DNA from: a virus
Lineage: Duplodnaviria; Caudoviricetes
Direction: 5' to 3' (one strand)
IMG/VR virus record: IMGVR_UViG_3300037461_000711
Span: 1-64,000 of that record
DNA length: 64,000 bases
The translations under genes were made by a program, and so were the position numbers. Below, piece after piece: positions 47,154 to 55,944 of the stretch (position 1 is its first letter; each line of letters starts with the position of its first letter). Below the pieces are notes generated by a model, which saw only the letters and a list, made by a program, of their open reading frames with translations, was not told the DNA's origin and did not search any database.

Positions 47154-47432
47154 ATGAACGTCAAGCTGAGATTCAAGTTCAAGAACGGCTGCTCGGTGGC
47201 AATGCTTTACAACATCGGTGATCCCCCCAAAGGTACTCCCCCTGATGCTCATTATCTTCTGGAATCCGTCAGTCTGGTAGAAAAGATTCAGCACAACGGC
47301 GTGTGTTTGCAAATTTCGCCTGAGAATATAGGCAGCATATTTGTCCAACCGCCTGAGGAGCTTCGTCAGGCTCATAAGGAGATGAGTTATGGGTCTACAA
47401 GAAATTCTCGCCAGATCAGGCAAGCTTTGTAA
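47154..47432 (+). CDS. hypothetical protein
   Basis: Starts 1 nt after previous stop. Confidence 0.55.
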   Translation: MNVKLRFKFKNGCSVAMLYNIGDPPKGTPPDAHYLLESVSLVEKIQHNGVCLQISPENIGSIFVQPPEELRQAHKEMSYGSTRNSRQIRQAL

Positions 47433-47622
47433 GATTCAAGGGTGTTGGCAGCACCGAAGAGTTCGACCCTGTGAGTCTTACGGCACTTGCCGGTTGCCTA
47501 TATTCTCTGAGAAAGGCGAAGATTGTTTCATTTGTGGGGCTGTGGCGTTGAAACTTGAAGAGTTTTGTTACTATCACACTAAATTTGGAGCAAACGGCAA
47601 TGGGAACGACAAAGAATGTTGA
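47389..47622 (+). CDS. Cys-rich hypothetical protein
   Basis: AGGAG RBS. Confidence 0.5.
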   Translation: MGLQEILARSGKLCKIQGCWQHRRVRPCESYGTCRLPIFSEKGEDCFICGAVALKLEEFCYYHTKFGANGNGNDKEC

Positions 47623-47839
47623 GTTCTGCGCTGTTTGTGGATCAGAAAGCCAGAAAATCATTCTGACGATGCCTGAATCGTGTGGATATTCACGATTGGG
47701 GGCATACATTTGCCTTGAATGTTGCCGAGAATGCTCATTTTTTGATGGTTGTGCCGAAATTCTATCCCTTTTTGACGCATTTTTGGCTAAAAAATCGGTG
47801 AAAGTTCGGCCTGTTGAGGGCATTTTGAGCCGAATTTAA
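47555..47839 (+). CDS. Cys-rich hypothetical protein
   Basis: CAVC, CLECCRECS. Confidence 0.45.
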   Translation: MKSFVTITLNLEQTAMGTTKNVEFCAVCGSESQKIILTMPESCGYSRLGAYICLECCRECSFFDGCAEILSLFDAFLAKKSVKVRPVEGILSRI

Positions 47840-47887
47840 GTGATTTTTGGGTAGGTTACACTGGCCAAATCTAACCCGGAAAGTGAG

Positions 47888-48160
47888 GTGATGCCCATGA
47901 TGAGGTGCGCTAATAACGGGCTGGTGGTGCTGCTTGTGGCTATGGTGGCTATTTTGCCGATGCAGTTTCCATCCGCAGCCGTGAGTGCCGGTAGTTCCCC
48001 TGATTGGCGGTGGGATGAACAAGGCCGAGTGTATGACGCAAGCGGTCAGTACAGAGTATTAACTCGGGAAGAGACTTGCAAGCTCTTTCAGCTAAAGTGT
48101 GATGATCTGCCAAAGATTAGTTCTGAACTATTTGCCGGTGACGGCGGTGGTAGTAAATAG
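47888..48160 (+). CDS. secreted/membrane protein
   Basis: GAGGTG RBS, signal-like hydrophobic N-terminus. Confidence 0.5.
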   Translation: MMPMMRCANNGLVVLLVAMVAILPMQFPSAAVSAGSSPDWRWDEQGRVYDASGQYRVLTREETCKLFQLKCDDLPKISSELFAGDGGGSK

Positions 48161-48260
48161 GGGGTCGCATCCTATAAAACACGCTTTGATTTGAACCCTG
48201 AATTTGTGCCGTGGTTGGTAAATGCGACCACGGCACAAAACTCTACTATTAGAGGTGGAA

Positions 48261-48569
48261 ATGAAAAACATTCTTTTCTTTGTTTTGCTGATTGCCGGGG
48301 TTGCTTTGGTTATTTTGCAAACCGCTTCGAATATTGCCGCTTCAAAGGAAATGCAATTATTGATAACCTATAATATGGAACTTACCGAAACTCTTGAGCG
48401 ATGCCAGAAAACGTATTTGACTTGTTCTGAGGATTTCGGTATAAGTAAGGAAATCAATTTGCGTCTTGTAGAAAAAAATCAAGAACTAATGGGACAAAAT
48501 AAAATGCTGCGGGGTTTGGTCTATCAGGTCATACCAAACGCAAAAAAGAAAGCGAAAAGAGGCCAATGA
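48261..48569 (+). CDS. N-anchored coiled-coil protein (i-spanin-like topology)
   Basis: MKNILFFVLLIAGVALVIL + coiled coil; near the NlpC/P60 gene. Confidence 0.5.
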   Translation: MKNILFFVLLIAGVALVILQTASNIAASKEMQLLITYNMELTETLERCQKTYLTCSEDFGISKEINLRLVEKNQELMGQNKMLRGLVYQVIPNAKKKAKRGQ

Positions 48570-48763
48570 CTCCAATTTGTATAGTTTGCAACAAAACAAA
48601 TGATCCCCTCATCCCGATAAATGTGAGGCACGAGGGTCGTTTGCTTTTTGTGAAACACGTTCACCCCGGCTGCTACGAACAAAATAAGGAATGGGTCAAG
48701 AAAAAAGTTCATGGCAAGAACCCAAAATACTTCGTAATGGGGAGACGTTATGAACAACCGTGA
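48566..48763 (+). CDS. hypothetical protein
   Basis: ATGA overlap. Confidence 0.55.
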   Translation: MTPICIVCNKTNDPLIPINVRHEGRLLFVKHVHPGCYEQNKEWVKKKVHGKNPKYFVMGRRYEQP

Positions 48764-49175
48764 TGTGGTTCTGCAAGTAGCTTGGTATTATCTTGGCAAG
48801 CCTTATATTTGGGGAGGCGACAACCCCCAAGGCTTTGATTGTTCCGGTTTGGTGATCGAATGCTTAAAGTCAATTGGCAGATTGCCTAGAAAGGGAGATT
48901 GGTCTGCTGATGGTCTTTACAAGCTGTTTGCCCCAAAGATTCAGGCTCAAGATGTCGAACCGGGGGATTTAGTATTCTGGTATGATTCGACGGCTGAGAA
49001 ATACGTTCATGTAGAGATTGTCGTTTCGAAGGGGCTTTCGATAGGGGCTTCTGGTGGGGGTTCTTGGGCCACTGACGCGCAGTTGGCTTTCGTGCGGGGG
49101 GCATATATCAAGGTGCGCCCCTATGCGACCAGAGGCGGCGAGATGAGCTTTATTAACCCGTACAAAGGTGGTTGA
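48750..49175 (+). CDS. NlpC/P60 peptidoglycan endopeptidase (endolysin candidate)
   Basis: LGKPYIWGG...GFDCSGL, PGDLVF, HV. Confidence 0.88.
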   Translation: MNNRDVVLQVAWYYLGKPYIWGGDNPQGFDCSGLVIECLKSIGRLPRKGDWSADGLYKLFAPKIQAQDVEPGDLVFWYDSTAEKYVHVEIVVSKGLSIGASGGGSWATDAQLAFVRGAYIKVRPYATRGGEMSFINPYKGG

Positions 49176-49839
49176 AATGCCAACATTTGACGAAGAACCA
49201 GAAGAAGAGATTGAGGATGTCGGGGTTAAAAGTACCCTGCCCACATCTTGGAAAAGTTCTGAGCGTCTTCGGGTTCGAACATCCAAAAACCCCACCAAAG
49301 ATTTGCTGAAGCTCTATGTTTGGAATACCCTCTCGCCTTGCCACAAAGAAGAGTGCCCGATTCATGACCGTTGTCCCCACGCTACTGAGGATATTTCTGT
49401 CTGCAAGATTGAAAAGTTCTATATCGACAAAGTGGCAGAAATGGCGTGGAACAACTTCAATAAGAAATTCACTGAAGATCAGTTTTTTATGGTGGGTATG
49501 CACATTCTGCCCATGTACCGGCACTTGTGCCGGTTGAAACTTTGGGAATGGTCTGTGCTTCACGTCATGTACGAAGACGAAAGGGGCAAGCGGCATATCA
49601 ACCCCATTTATAAAGAGATCAGAGAGCAGATCAAGGCAATCTCCGCACAATGGAAAGGTCTTGGTGTCGGCAACTTTCAAATTGTCGAACCGAGAAACCC
49701 TTGGGGTACGAGAGGCAAGCCCGACCCCAACTATGTCGATGATATGGAAAATCCCACCGAGTATTACGAGAAAATGCTTGAGGGTAAAATTCAAATACAA
49801 TCCCCCCGCAGGGTGGTGCCGCTTAAACGGGCTAAATGA
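49168..49839 (+). CDS. putative terminase small subunit
   Basis: Directly upstream of TerL; RHINPIYKEIREQIKAI helix resembles P27-type TerS. Confidence 0.55.
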   Translation: MVEMPTFDEEPEEEIEDVGVKSTLPTSWKSSERLRVRTSKNPTKDLLKLYVWNTLSPCHKEECPIHDRCPHATEDISVCKIEKFYIDKVAEMAWNNFNKKFTEDQFFMVGMHILPMYRHLCRLKLWEWSVLHVMYEDERGKRHINPIYKEIREQIKAISAQWKGLGVGNFQIVEPRNPWGTRGKPDPNYVDDMENPTEYYEKMLEGKIQIQSPRRVVPLKRAK

Positions 49840-51713
49840 AAAAACAATTGGTCATTAGAAAAAAGCCGGAGCCAAAACCCCCCAAGATCACAAGTTACAG
49901 AGAAGGGGCCGAGGGCTTTATTCTTTGGTGTGAGCACAAGGTTTGCATACCTGTTTACCCTCCTGATAGTGACGTGGCGGTTTATCTGCCGATTCACTCC
50001 TTGCCTGATTCTTTAGACCCAGAAACAAATAGAAGCCCCGCCACATTTTGGGAAGAGCTAAAAGGTGTCGCTCGTCAATGCCTGAAGATGGAAAACAATC
50101 GTTTCGTTTTCAATCTTCTCGTTTTCTGTTGGATGCGCGGCGAAGCCAAGTCTCTCTTTGTCTGTCTCATTCAGCTTTGGAAGTTCTTTAACTGGCCCAG
50201 ACAAAACATAGTCTTGGGGGCAAACAGTAAAGATCAGGTTAAGTTTGTCCACTTTGACATCATGGTTGAAATCATTCAGAACAGCCCCCGGCTTTTGTCG
50301 GCTGTGGGGGCAAAGAACATAAAAGAAAAAGAGATACGCTTAAAAGACCGTGAGGGCATTGTAAGGTCGATCATACGGCCCATATCGTCGTTTACGGGCA
50401 TTGTTTCGAACATCACCGGCTACACCTTTTCAGAAATCTTTGCGATGAAGAACCCCAAATTCTTTACTCAGTTGGATGGTTCCATTCGTAACATACCGAA
50501 CGCATTGGGGTGCATTGATTCCACTGTTTCTGATAAAAACCATGTTCTCTATCAGTTGTATGTCAACACCCTGATTGAGCGCAAAACCAAAAGGGTCTTT
50601 TTCAGTTACCGGCATTCCAGACCACCAGATGGAGACCCCAAAGACTTCTGGCACCCCTACATGACAAGCGTTCAATTGGCGGACTACAAAGCCAAGTTCG
50701 TGTTTGGCGAGTTCGAACGGTACTTTCTCAATTTGTGGGAAGCCGGTGTGGTCAACATCTTCAAAGACCCCATGATTGAAGAAATCTACTGTCTCGGCTT
50801 TGACAATGGCATTTTGAATCATGAACCGTTGAAAGAAGCTCTTGGTAAAAAATGGGAATATATCGAAGCGATCAAATCGGTTGCCGAAAAGGGCTTAGAT
50901 GGAGCCGTTGTCAACATCAATCAGAAGATAGACACGATTATGGGGAGAATTACGCCTGTCGATTCTCTCTATTCTCTTTTTGATAAGTATGGTTCACCAC
51001 AACACATCACACTCGACAAGCTGAACGAAATTGGGGAAAGACTCGACACCGATTGGGCCATTCTTTCAGGAGCAGACTTTGGCGACCCTTACGCTCAGAG
51101 TGGCAGAGCAAGAACGATTTTGACGATTGTGGCAAAGGGCTTACCCGGCAGCAGAAGCAACCCCGAAATATGGCTGCAACAGGTAGCCGACCCCAAGTAT
51201 GTCTATTTTATCATTGGCTTTTACCACATCAAGGATCATTCTCTCGATGCTGTCAAAAAGATACTCGATTCGACCCATCTCGAATATGAGGGGCTTGATA
51301 CGTATTGCAGCGAGCGGTTTGGTAACTGGGACGTTGCCGGTTGGTGTGAGGAGCGTGGTATTGCCTTTGAGCCTGTCTTTGCCAGTTATGACCGGCAGAA
51401 AGAGTGCTTCAAGGCCATGTTTGAAATCATCAGCAAGGGGCTTCTCAAGTCCCCGAACATCGTAATACCGGGGGTGAAGGGCAAGAACCTGTTGAATGAA
51501 GAGCTTTCGGTGTTCATGCACGATTCGGTAAAGCGGTGGTTTGGTAGCCCAAGCAAAGGGGATAGATTAGGAGAACAAGACGATTCTATCTTTTCTTTGG
51601 GGTGGACTTTGTATGGTGGCAGAACCTTGACATCCGATCATTTTAGGATACGCCGCTCTTACGGCAACTTTGGTTGGGCGGGGGTTAATAATGCTCTTTT
51701 GGGGAGGTATTAA
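49836..51713 (+). CDS. terL: terminase large subunit
   Basis: MRGEAKS (Walker A-like), FSE (Walker B-like), C-terminal GADFG and DDSIF nuclease motifs; position before portal. Confidence 0.8.
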   Translation: MKKQLVIRKKPEPKPPKITSYREGAEGFILWCEHKVCIPVYPPDSDVAVYLPIHSLPDSLDPETNRSPATFWEELKGVARQCLKMENNRFVFNLLVFCWMRGEAKSLFVCLIQLWKFFNWPRQNIVLGANSKDQVKFVHFDIMVEIIQNSPRLLSAVGAKNIKEKEIRLKDREGIVRSIIRPISSFTGIVSNITGYTFSEIFAMKNPKFFTQLDGSIRNIPNALGCIDSTVSDKNHVLYQLYVNTLIERKTKRVFFSYRHSRPPDGDPKDFWHPYMTSVQLADYKAKFVFGEFERYFLNLWEAGVVNIFKDPMIEEIYCLGFDNGILNHEPLKEALGKKWEYIEAIKSVAEKGLDGAVVNINQKIDTIMGRITPVDSLYSLFDKYGSPQHITLDKLNEIGERLDTDWAILSGADFGDPYAQSGRARTILTIVAKGLPGSRSNPEIWLQQVADPKYVYFIIGFYHIKDHSLDAVKKILDSTHLEYEGLDTYCSERFGNWDVAGWCEERGIAFEPVFASYDRQKECFKAMFEIISKGLLKSPNIVIPGVKGKNLLNEELSVFMHDSVKRWFGSPSKGDRLGEQDDSIFSLGWTLYGGRTLTSDHFRIRRSYGNFGWAGVNNALLGRY

Positions 51714-51800
51714 ACCGTATTAATAACTGAATCTTGACAAGTATTTTTGGTTCGTGTAAGGATAGTCTCACTTAGGCTATCCTTTTTTATTGGCGAGCGA

Positions 51801-52262
51801 ATGGAAATAGAATATAAATCAAAACTCGATGTGCGGTTTTGTGTCGGTCCGAACAAAGGGTCGAATGACCGTTGGCAACTGTTGGCTCCATTCGTGTTTT
51901 CGGTAGATGGGGTTGAGTTTGAAGTGCCGGTGGCATTCTGGACAGATTTTGCTTCGGTGCCCCGGTGTGTATGGCCGATCATAAGCCCTTACGAGTTGGG
52001 GCACGGCCCGATACCCCACGACTTCGGGTATTTTACGGGCATTCGATCACAAAAGTTCTGGGATGATGTTTTTATGACTTGTATGAAGAAAGATAATATC
52101 TCCATATTCAAGCGGAATGCGGCATACTGTGCAGTTCGCATGTTTGGTGGATTTGTTTTTCGAGATTACCGCAGAAAGAACCTTTCTCACAACTTGGTTC
52201 AAGCGAGCGCAACCAAAAGATTCAAAATTACAAATTGGCAGAGAAAAACAGGGACAGCATGA
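51801..52262 (+). CDS. DUF1353-family protein
   Basis: FEVPVAFWTDFASVPR...HDFGY...DDVF. Confidence 0.8.
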   Translation: MEIEYKSKLDVRFCVGPNKGSNDRWQLLAPFVFSVDGVEFEVPVAFWTDFASVPRCVWPIISPYELGHGPIPHDFGYFTGIRSQKFWDDVFMTCMKKDNISIFKRNAAYCAVRMFGGFVFRDYRRKNLSHNLVQASATKRFKITNWQRKTGTA

Positions 52263-53890
52263 ACCAAAAAGAGGTCACTGAGTACATTCTGAACATGCCG
52301 GATGACGTGCTCAAGAGCATGAAGTTTTCGATGCCTTGGCAATACAGTGAAACCTCAACTGACAGCTACGATGAAGATGGGTTCCCAATTGTAGGCACAA
52401 AAAAGGGAGAAGAGTACGATTTCAACCGTCTTCAAGAAGCTTGCTTTGACAAGTTCTCAAGAAACCCATACGTCAACACTTCCATTCGTGGTCTGGTTGG
52501 GCGTATGGCCGGGTTCGGGTTCGAAACCGTTTCAGAAGTTTTTGAAATACAACAGGCGATTGAGGAGATCGAATTAGACCCCCGCAATCGCCTTTATTAT
52601 TGGTGGCCGAAGTACCTTGTTCGGTTTAACATTGAGGGGGAGCTTTTTCTTGGGTTTACTCTGCACGATGATGGTTTTGTAGAGATTGATTTTTATGATC
52701 CAGCTTCCATCAAAGGTGGGGGCACACAGAATTGTGGTATATATTACCACCCCAATAAACCTCAAATGCCTTTGGCGTATAGTATCTCTGATGGTACTGT
52801 ACCGAAGCAGATCATACCTTCAATCTTTCTTGCTCGATACCCTGAGTTGCTTTCGGTTCTTGAGAAAGATTCGAACTTCAACCCCCGGCTGCTTTCAGGG
52901 TCGAAAGACCGTTCGAAGAAATTCAAGAAGCTTGGGGGTTTTCGGCGGTTCATTATTTGTATTGAAAAAGGATTTGTCACTCGCAGGGCCGTTTCGTATC
53001 TTAGGACTACTCTGGAGTGGTTAAATCATTACGAAAATTTGAAGAAGTACGAAATTGACCATAAGAAATCCAGCGGTGCTTACCTCTGGGTTTTTTCATT
53101 TGATGATATTCGGGCTTTTAAAACATGGCTAACCCTTTCAGAGGATGACAAGCGTAAGACCGGCATAGGCTCGAAGATCACCCCCGGTTCAAGGTTGGTG
53201 CTGCCCCCCGGCATGAAGTGTGAGGTTTTGAATCCGAATCTGTCTTCCATCAAAGACCAAGACACTGACATTCTGCACATGGTCAGCGGGGGCTTGAACG
53301 AACCTGAAGATGTCATGTCGGGGGCTTCAAAGGGCACGTTTGCCTCTGTCAAAGCCTCTCGTGGGCCAATGTCAGACCGCACCTCAGATGAGGTTTCGTA
53401 TTTCAAGCGTTGGTATATCCATGATTTTTGGGGTTCTATTTTCTATCTTCGTTCTACTTTAGGTGTCATGAAGCCCACGTATAAGCACGAAGAGGCTGTT
53501 GATTTCGATGAAAACCAGGAGCCTATTTTCAAGAACGTGCCACGGCGACCGGAGCAATTGATCGACGTTTCGTTCCCCATTTCTGAGGCTGTCGATTACG
53601 ATAAGCGAGCAAGAGCGATTTTGGGTGTGAAGCACGGCCCGATAGGCGATTCCATCGGTGTACCAAATTCAACTGCGGCGGCAATGCTTGGCTTTAATGG
53701 TTACGGGCGGCTGAGATTGAGAAAAGCGGCGGAAGACAAGAAATACCCGCCTCTCATGTACGCGGGTGGGGTCGATGCCGAATCGTTGCAGGAACAAGTC
53801 GAGGGTGAACCGGGCAAACAAGGTTCTGCCGCAGCGTCAACCAAGAAACAATTAGTGGTCAGAAAGAAAAAAGAAACCAAGGAGGAATAA
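52259..53890 (+). CDS. portal protein
   Basis: Size, position between TerL and protease; IEGELF, PGSRLVLPPG, SGGLNEPE. Confidence 0.78.
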   Translation: MNQKEVTEYILNMPDDVLKSMKFSMPWQYSETSTDSYDEDGFPIVGTKKGEEYDFNRLQEACFDKFSRNPYVNTSIRGLVGRMAGFGFETVSEVFEIQQAIEEIELDPRNRLYYWWPKYLVRFNIEGELFLGFTLHDDGFVEIDFYDPASIKGGGTQNCGIYYHPNKPQMPLAYSISDGTVPKQIIPSIFLARYPELLSVLEKDSNFNPRLLSGSKDRSKKFKKLGGFRRFIICIEKGFVTRRAVSYLRTTLEWLNHYENLKKYEIDHKKSSGAYLWVFSFDDIRAFKTWLTLSEDDKRKTGIGSKITPGSRLVLPPGMKCEVLNPNLSSIKDQDTDILHMVSGGLNEPEDVMSGASKGTFASVKASRGPMSDRTSDEVSYFKRWYIHDFWGSIFYLRSTLGVMKPTYKHEEAVDFDENQEPIFKNVPRRPEQLIDVSFPISEAVDYDKRARAILGVKHGPIGDSIGVPNSTAAAMLGFNGYGRLRLRKAAEDKKYPPLMYAGGVDAESLQEQVEGEPGKQGSAAASTKKQLVVRKKKETKEE

Positions 53891-53891
53891 T

Positions 53892-55208
53892 ATGCCTTGG
53901 TCTGTTTCAGATGTGGATGACTTCAAGAAAGGTCTGACCCCTGCCCAGAAAAAAAAGTGGGTTGAAATCGCCAACGGGGTTTTGAGAAAGTGCAAGGCCG
54001 ATGGGGGCAAAGACTGTGAGGGCAAGGCGATCAGAATAGCCAACTCTAAATTCTCAGAGGGGGGAGTTTTCATGAACGAGAAAAAGCTACACAAAGGGGC
54101 ATTGAGATTTGATGCTGGTGGCAGTGCCATTTTGCAGTTTGAGGAAGTCGAAGTCGAAGGGGCGAAAACCCAGAAGCCGAAGCTCAAGATGGTGGGATAT
54201 TCCGGCGGGGTTATCAAAGATCACTGGTATTGGGGCAATTTGGGCATTGACCTTTCGGGCATGAAGTTCTCGAAAGACCGATACCCGTTGCTTCAGGATC
54301 ACCAGACTTCAATTCGGCTGGCGCACATGGGCAAGCCACAGATTGCCAACAATCAGCTAACGGCCCCCGAAGACGATGTTGTTTTTTTGGATAATGAACA
54401 CACCAAGCAGTTTTTAGCCGAGTCTTCAAAGGGCTTTCCATTTCAGGCGAGCATTTACGCCCGACCCCTGAAAGTTGTTCGGCTTGACGAAGACCAAGAG
54501 CATCTTTGCAATGGTCTTACTGTCAAAGGGCCGGGGGCTGTTTGGTTGGAATCAGAATTCAAGGAAATGTCGGTCTGCGTGTTTGGGGCCGATTCAAATA
54601 CTTCGGCTGCTGCCTTTACTGACAGCGATTATGAAATCTGTGCCTTTGCCGAAGTGAATTTGTCTGGCTCTCTGCCGGACGATAAAACCACTGAGAAGGA
54701 GGTGAAACGAATGGACAAAGAGCAGTTGAAGAAGGAACACCCCGACCTCTACAACGAGATCGTTGCGGAGGGCAAGGCGCAGCTTACCGCGCAGCCTGAC
54801 CCCGAAGTTGCCAAGCTCAAAGAGGAGAACAAGTCTCTCAAAGAGGCTGTTGCCAATCTGAGCAAGGAAAATGAACTTCGTCGGGAGAAGGAAATCAAGC
54901 TCGAAGCCAACTCGGTTTGGAATAGCAAGCTCAACGAAAGCGAGTTGCCCGAGCGTCTTCATGCCAAGATTCGGAACATGGTCGATTACAACAAGTTCGT
55001 GAAAGACCAAGCTCTGGACGTGACCGCTTTTGGTGCGGCGATTGATGCCGAAATCAAAAGCTGGATTGACCTTGGCGTGAAGGGTGTCGTTCTTGGCGAG
55101 GGCACGGTTGTAAAAACGCCGGAAGCCACTTCTGACAAGGTTGCCGAAAACCAGAAAATGACCGCTCGTTTGCTTGAGCGAGCCGGTCAGAAAAAATCCG
55201 AAAAGTAA
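53892..55208 (+). CDS. prohead protease/scaffold with ChaB-like N-terminus
   Basis: MPWS...WVEIAN...AIRIANS N-terminus, LLQDH, FQASI, EMSVCVFGAD, C-terminal coiled coil. Confidence 0.75.
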   Translation: MPWSVSDVDDFKKGLTPAQKKKWVEIANGVLRKCKADGGKDCEGKAIRIANSKFSEGGVFMNEKKLHKGALRFDAGGSAILQFEEVEVEGAKTQKPKLKMVGYSGGVIKDHWYWGNLGIDLSGMKFSKDRYPLLQDHQTSIRLAHMGKPQIANNQLTAPEDDVVFLDNEHTKQFLAESSKGFPFQASIYARPLKVVRLDEDQEHLCNGLTVKGPGAVWLESEFKEMSVCVFGADSNTSAAAFTDSDYEICAFAEVNLSGSLPDDKTTEKEVKRMDKEQLKKEHPDLYNEIVAEGKAQLTAQPDPEVAKLKEENKSLKEAVANLSKENELRREKEIKLEANSVWNSKLNESELPERLHAKIRNMVDYNKFVKDQALDVTAFGAAIDAEIKSWIDLGVKGVVLGEGTVVKTPEATSDKVAENQKMTARLLERAGQKKSEK

Positions 55209-55225
55209 AGGAGGTGAAATAGCTC

Positions 55226-55921
55226 ATGGCAGATCGTTACTCTCAAGGCGATACTCCTCACATCGTTCGAGGGGTTCAGACTGATTACAAAGACATCTTC
55301 TACAGCCGCCCCGAAATCGCGCTTGTGGTCGATGTGACCCTTCAGGCCGGGTACGGCAAGCTTGAGGCCGGTACGGTTCTGGCAAAGAACATCTCTGCTG
55401 CTGGCGGGGTGGGCAAGTACGTGCCCTACAACCCGACTGCATTCACCGGGCTTGAGAATCACCCCGGTCGGGCCTATCTCGTTGCGGCAGGGGCCAACGC
55501 TACCAAGCTTCTGTACGTGACGATGGAAGACAGCTACAAATTCGCAGTCGGGGATGACATTTGCATCAACGACAACACCACCTCTGCGGAAAATCTGGGG
55601 GCCATTACCGCTATCGACCGCACCACCTACCCCCACATGGCTGTCATTACTTCAACTTCGAACATTGGTGGCACTGCGTTTACTGTTGCTCGCAAAGCCT
55701 ATGTGTGTGTTGAGGCCGGGGCAAGCAACAACTACTCCGTTGCTCTTGCTCTTCTCGCCAAGACCGTTGACACAGGCAGTGGCGTGAACGCCCAAGGTGC
55801 CGTAGCCCCCATCGTTCTGAGCAATGCCGTGCTGTATGATGGTATGCTCGTAAACTGTGACTCTACCGCAAAGACTGCTCTTGCAATTACCACGTTCGGG
55901 CAGTATGCGGTGATGAAATAA
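55226..55921 (+). CDS. head decoration protein
   Basis: VTLQAGYGKLEAGTVLAK pattern; between scaffold and MCP. Confidence 0.7.
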   Translation: MADRYSQGDTPHIVRGVQTDYKDIFYSRPEIALVVDVTLQAGYGKLEAGTVLAKNISAAGGVGKYVPYNPTAFTGLENHPGRAYLVAAGANATKLLYVTMEDSYKFAVGDDICINDNTTSAENLGAITAIDRTTYPHMAVITSTSNIGGTAFTVARKAYVCVEAGASNNYSVALALLAKTVDTGSGVNAQGAVAPIVLSNAVLYDGMLVNCDSTAKTALAITTFGQYAVMK

Positions 55922-55944
55922 CTAAAGAAAGGAGGTGAAATTCA

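Noticed and set aside
51734-51763. Promoter downstream of terL
   Set aside because: TTGACA is present, but the -10 at 17-bp spacing is TAAGGA, lacking the final T; too weak to call.
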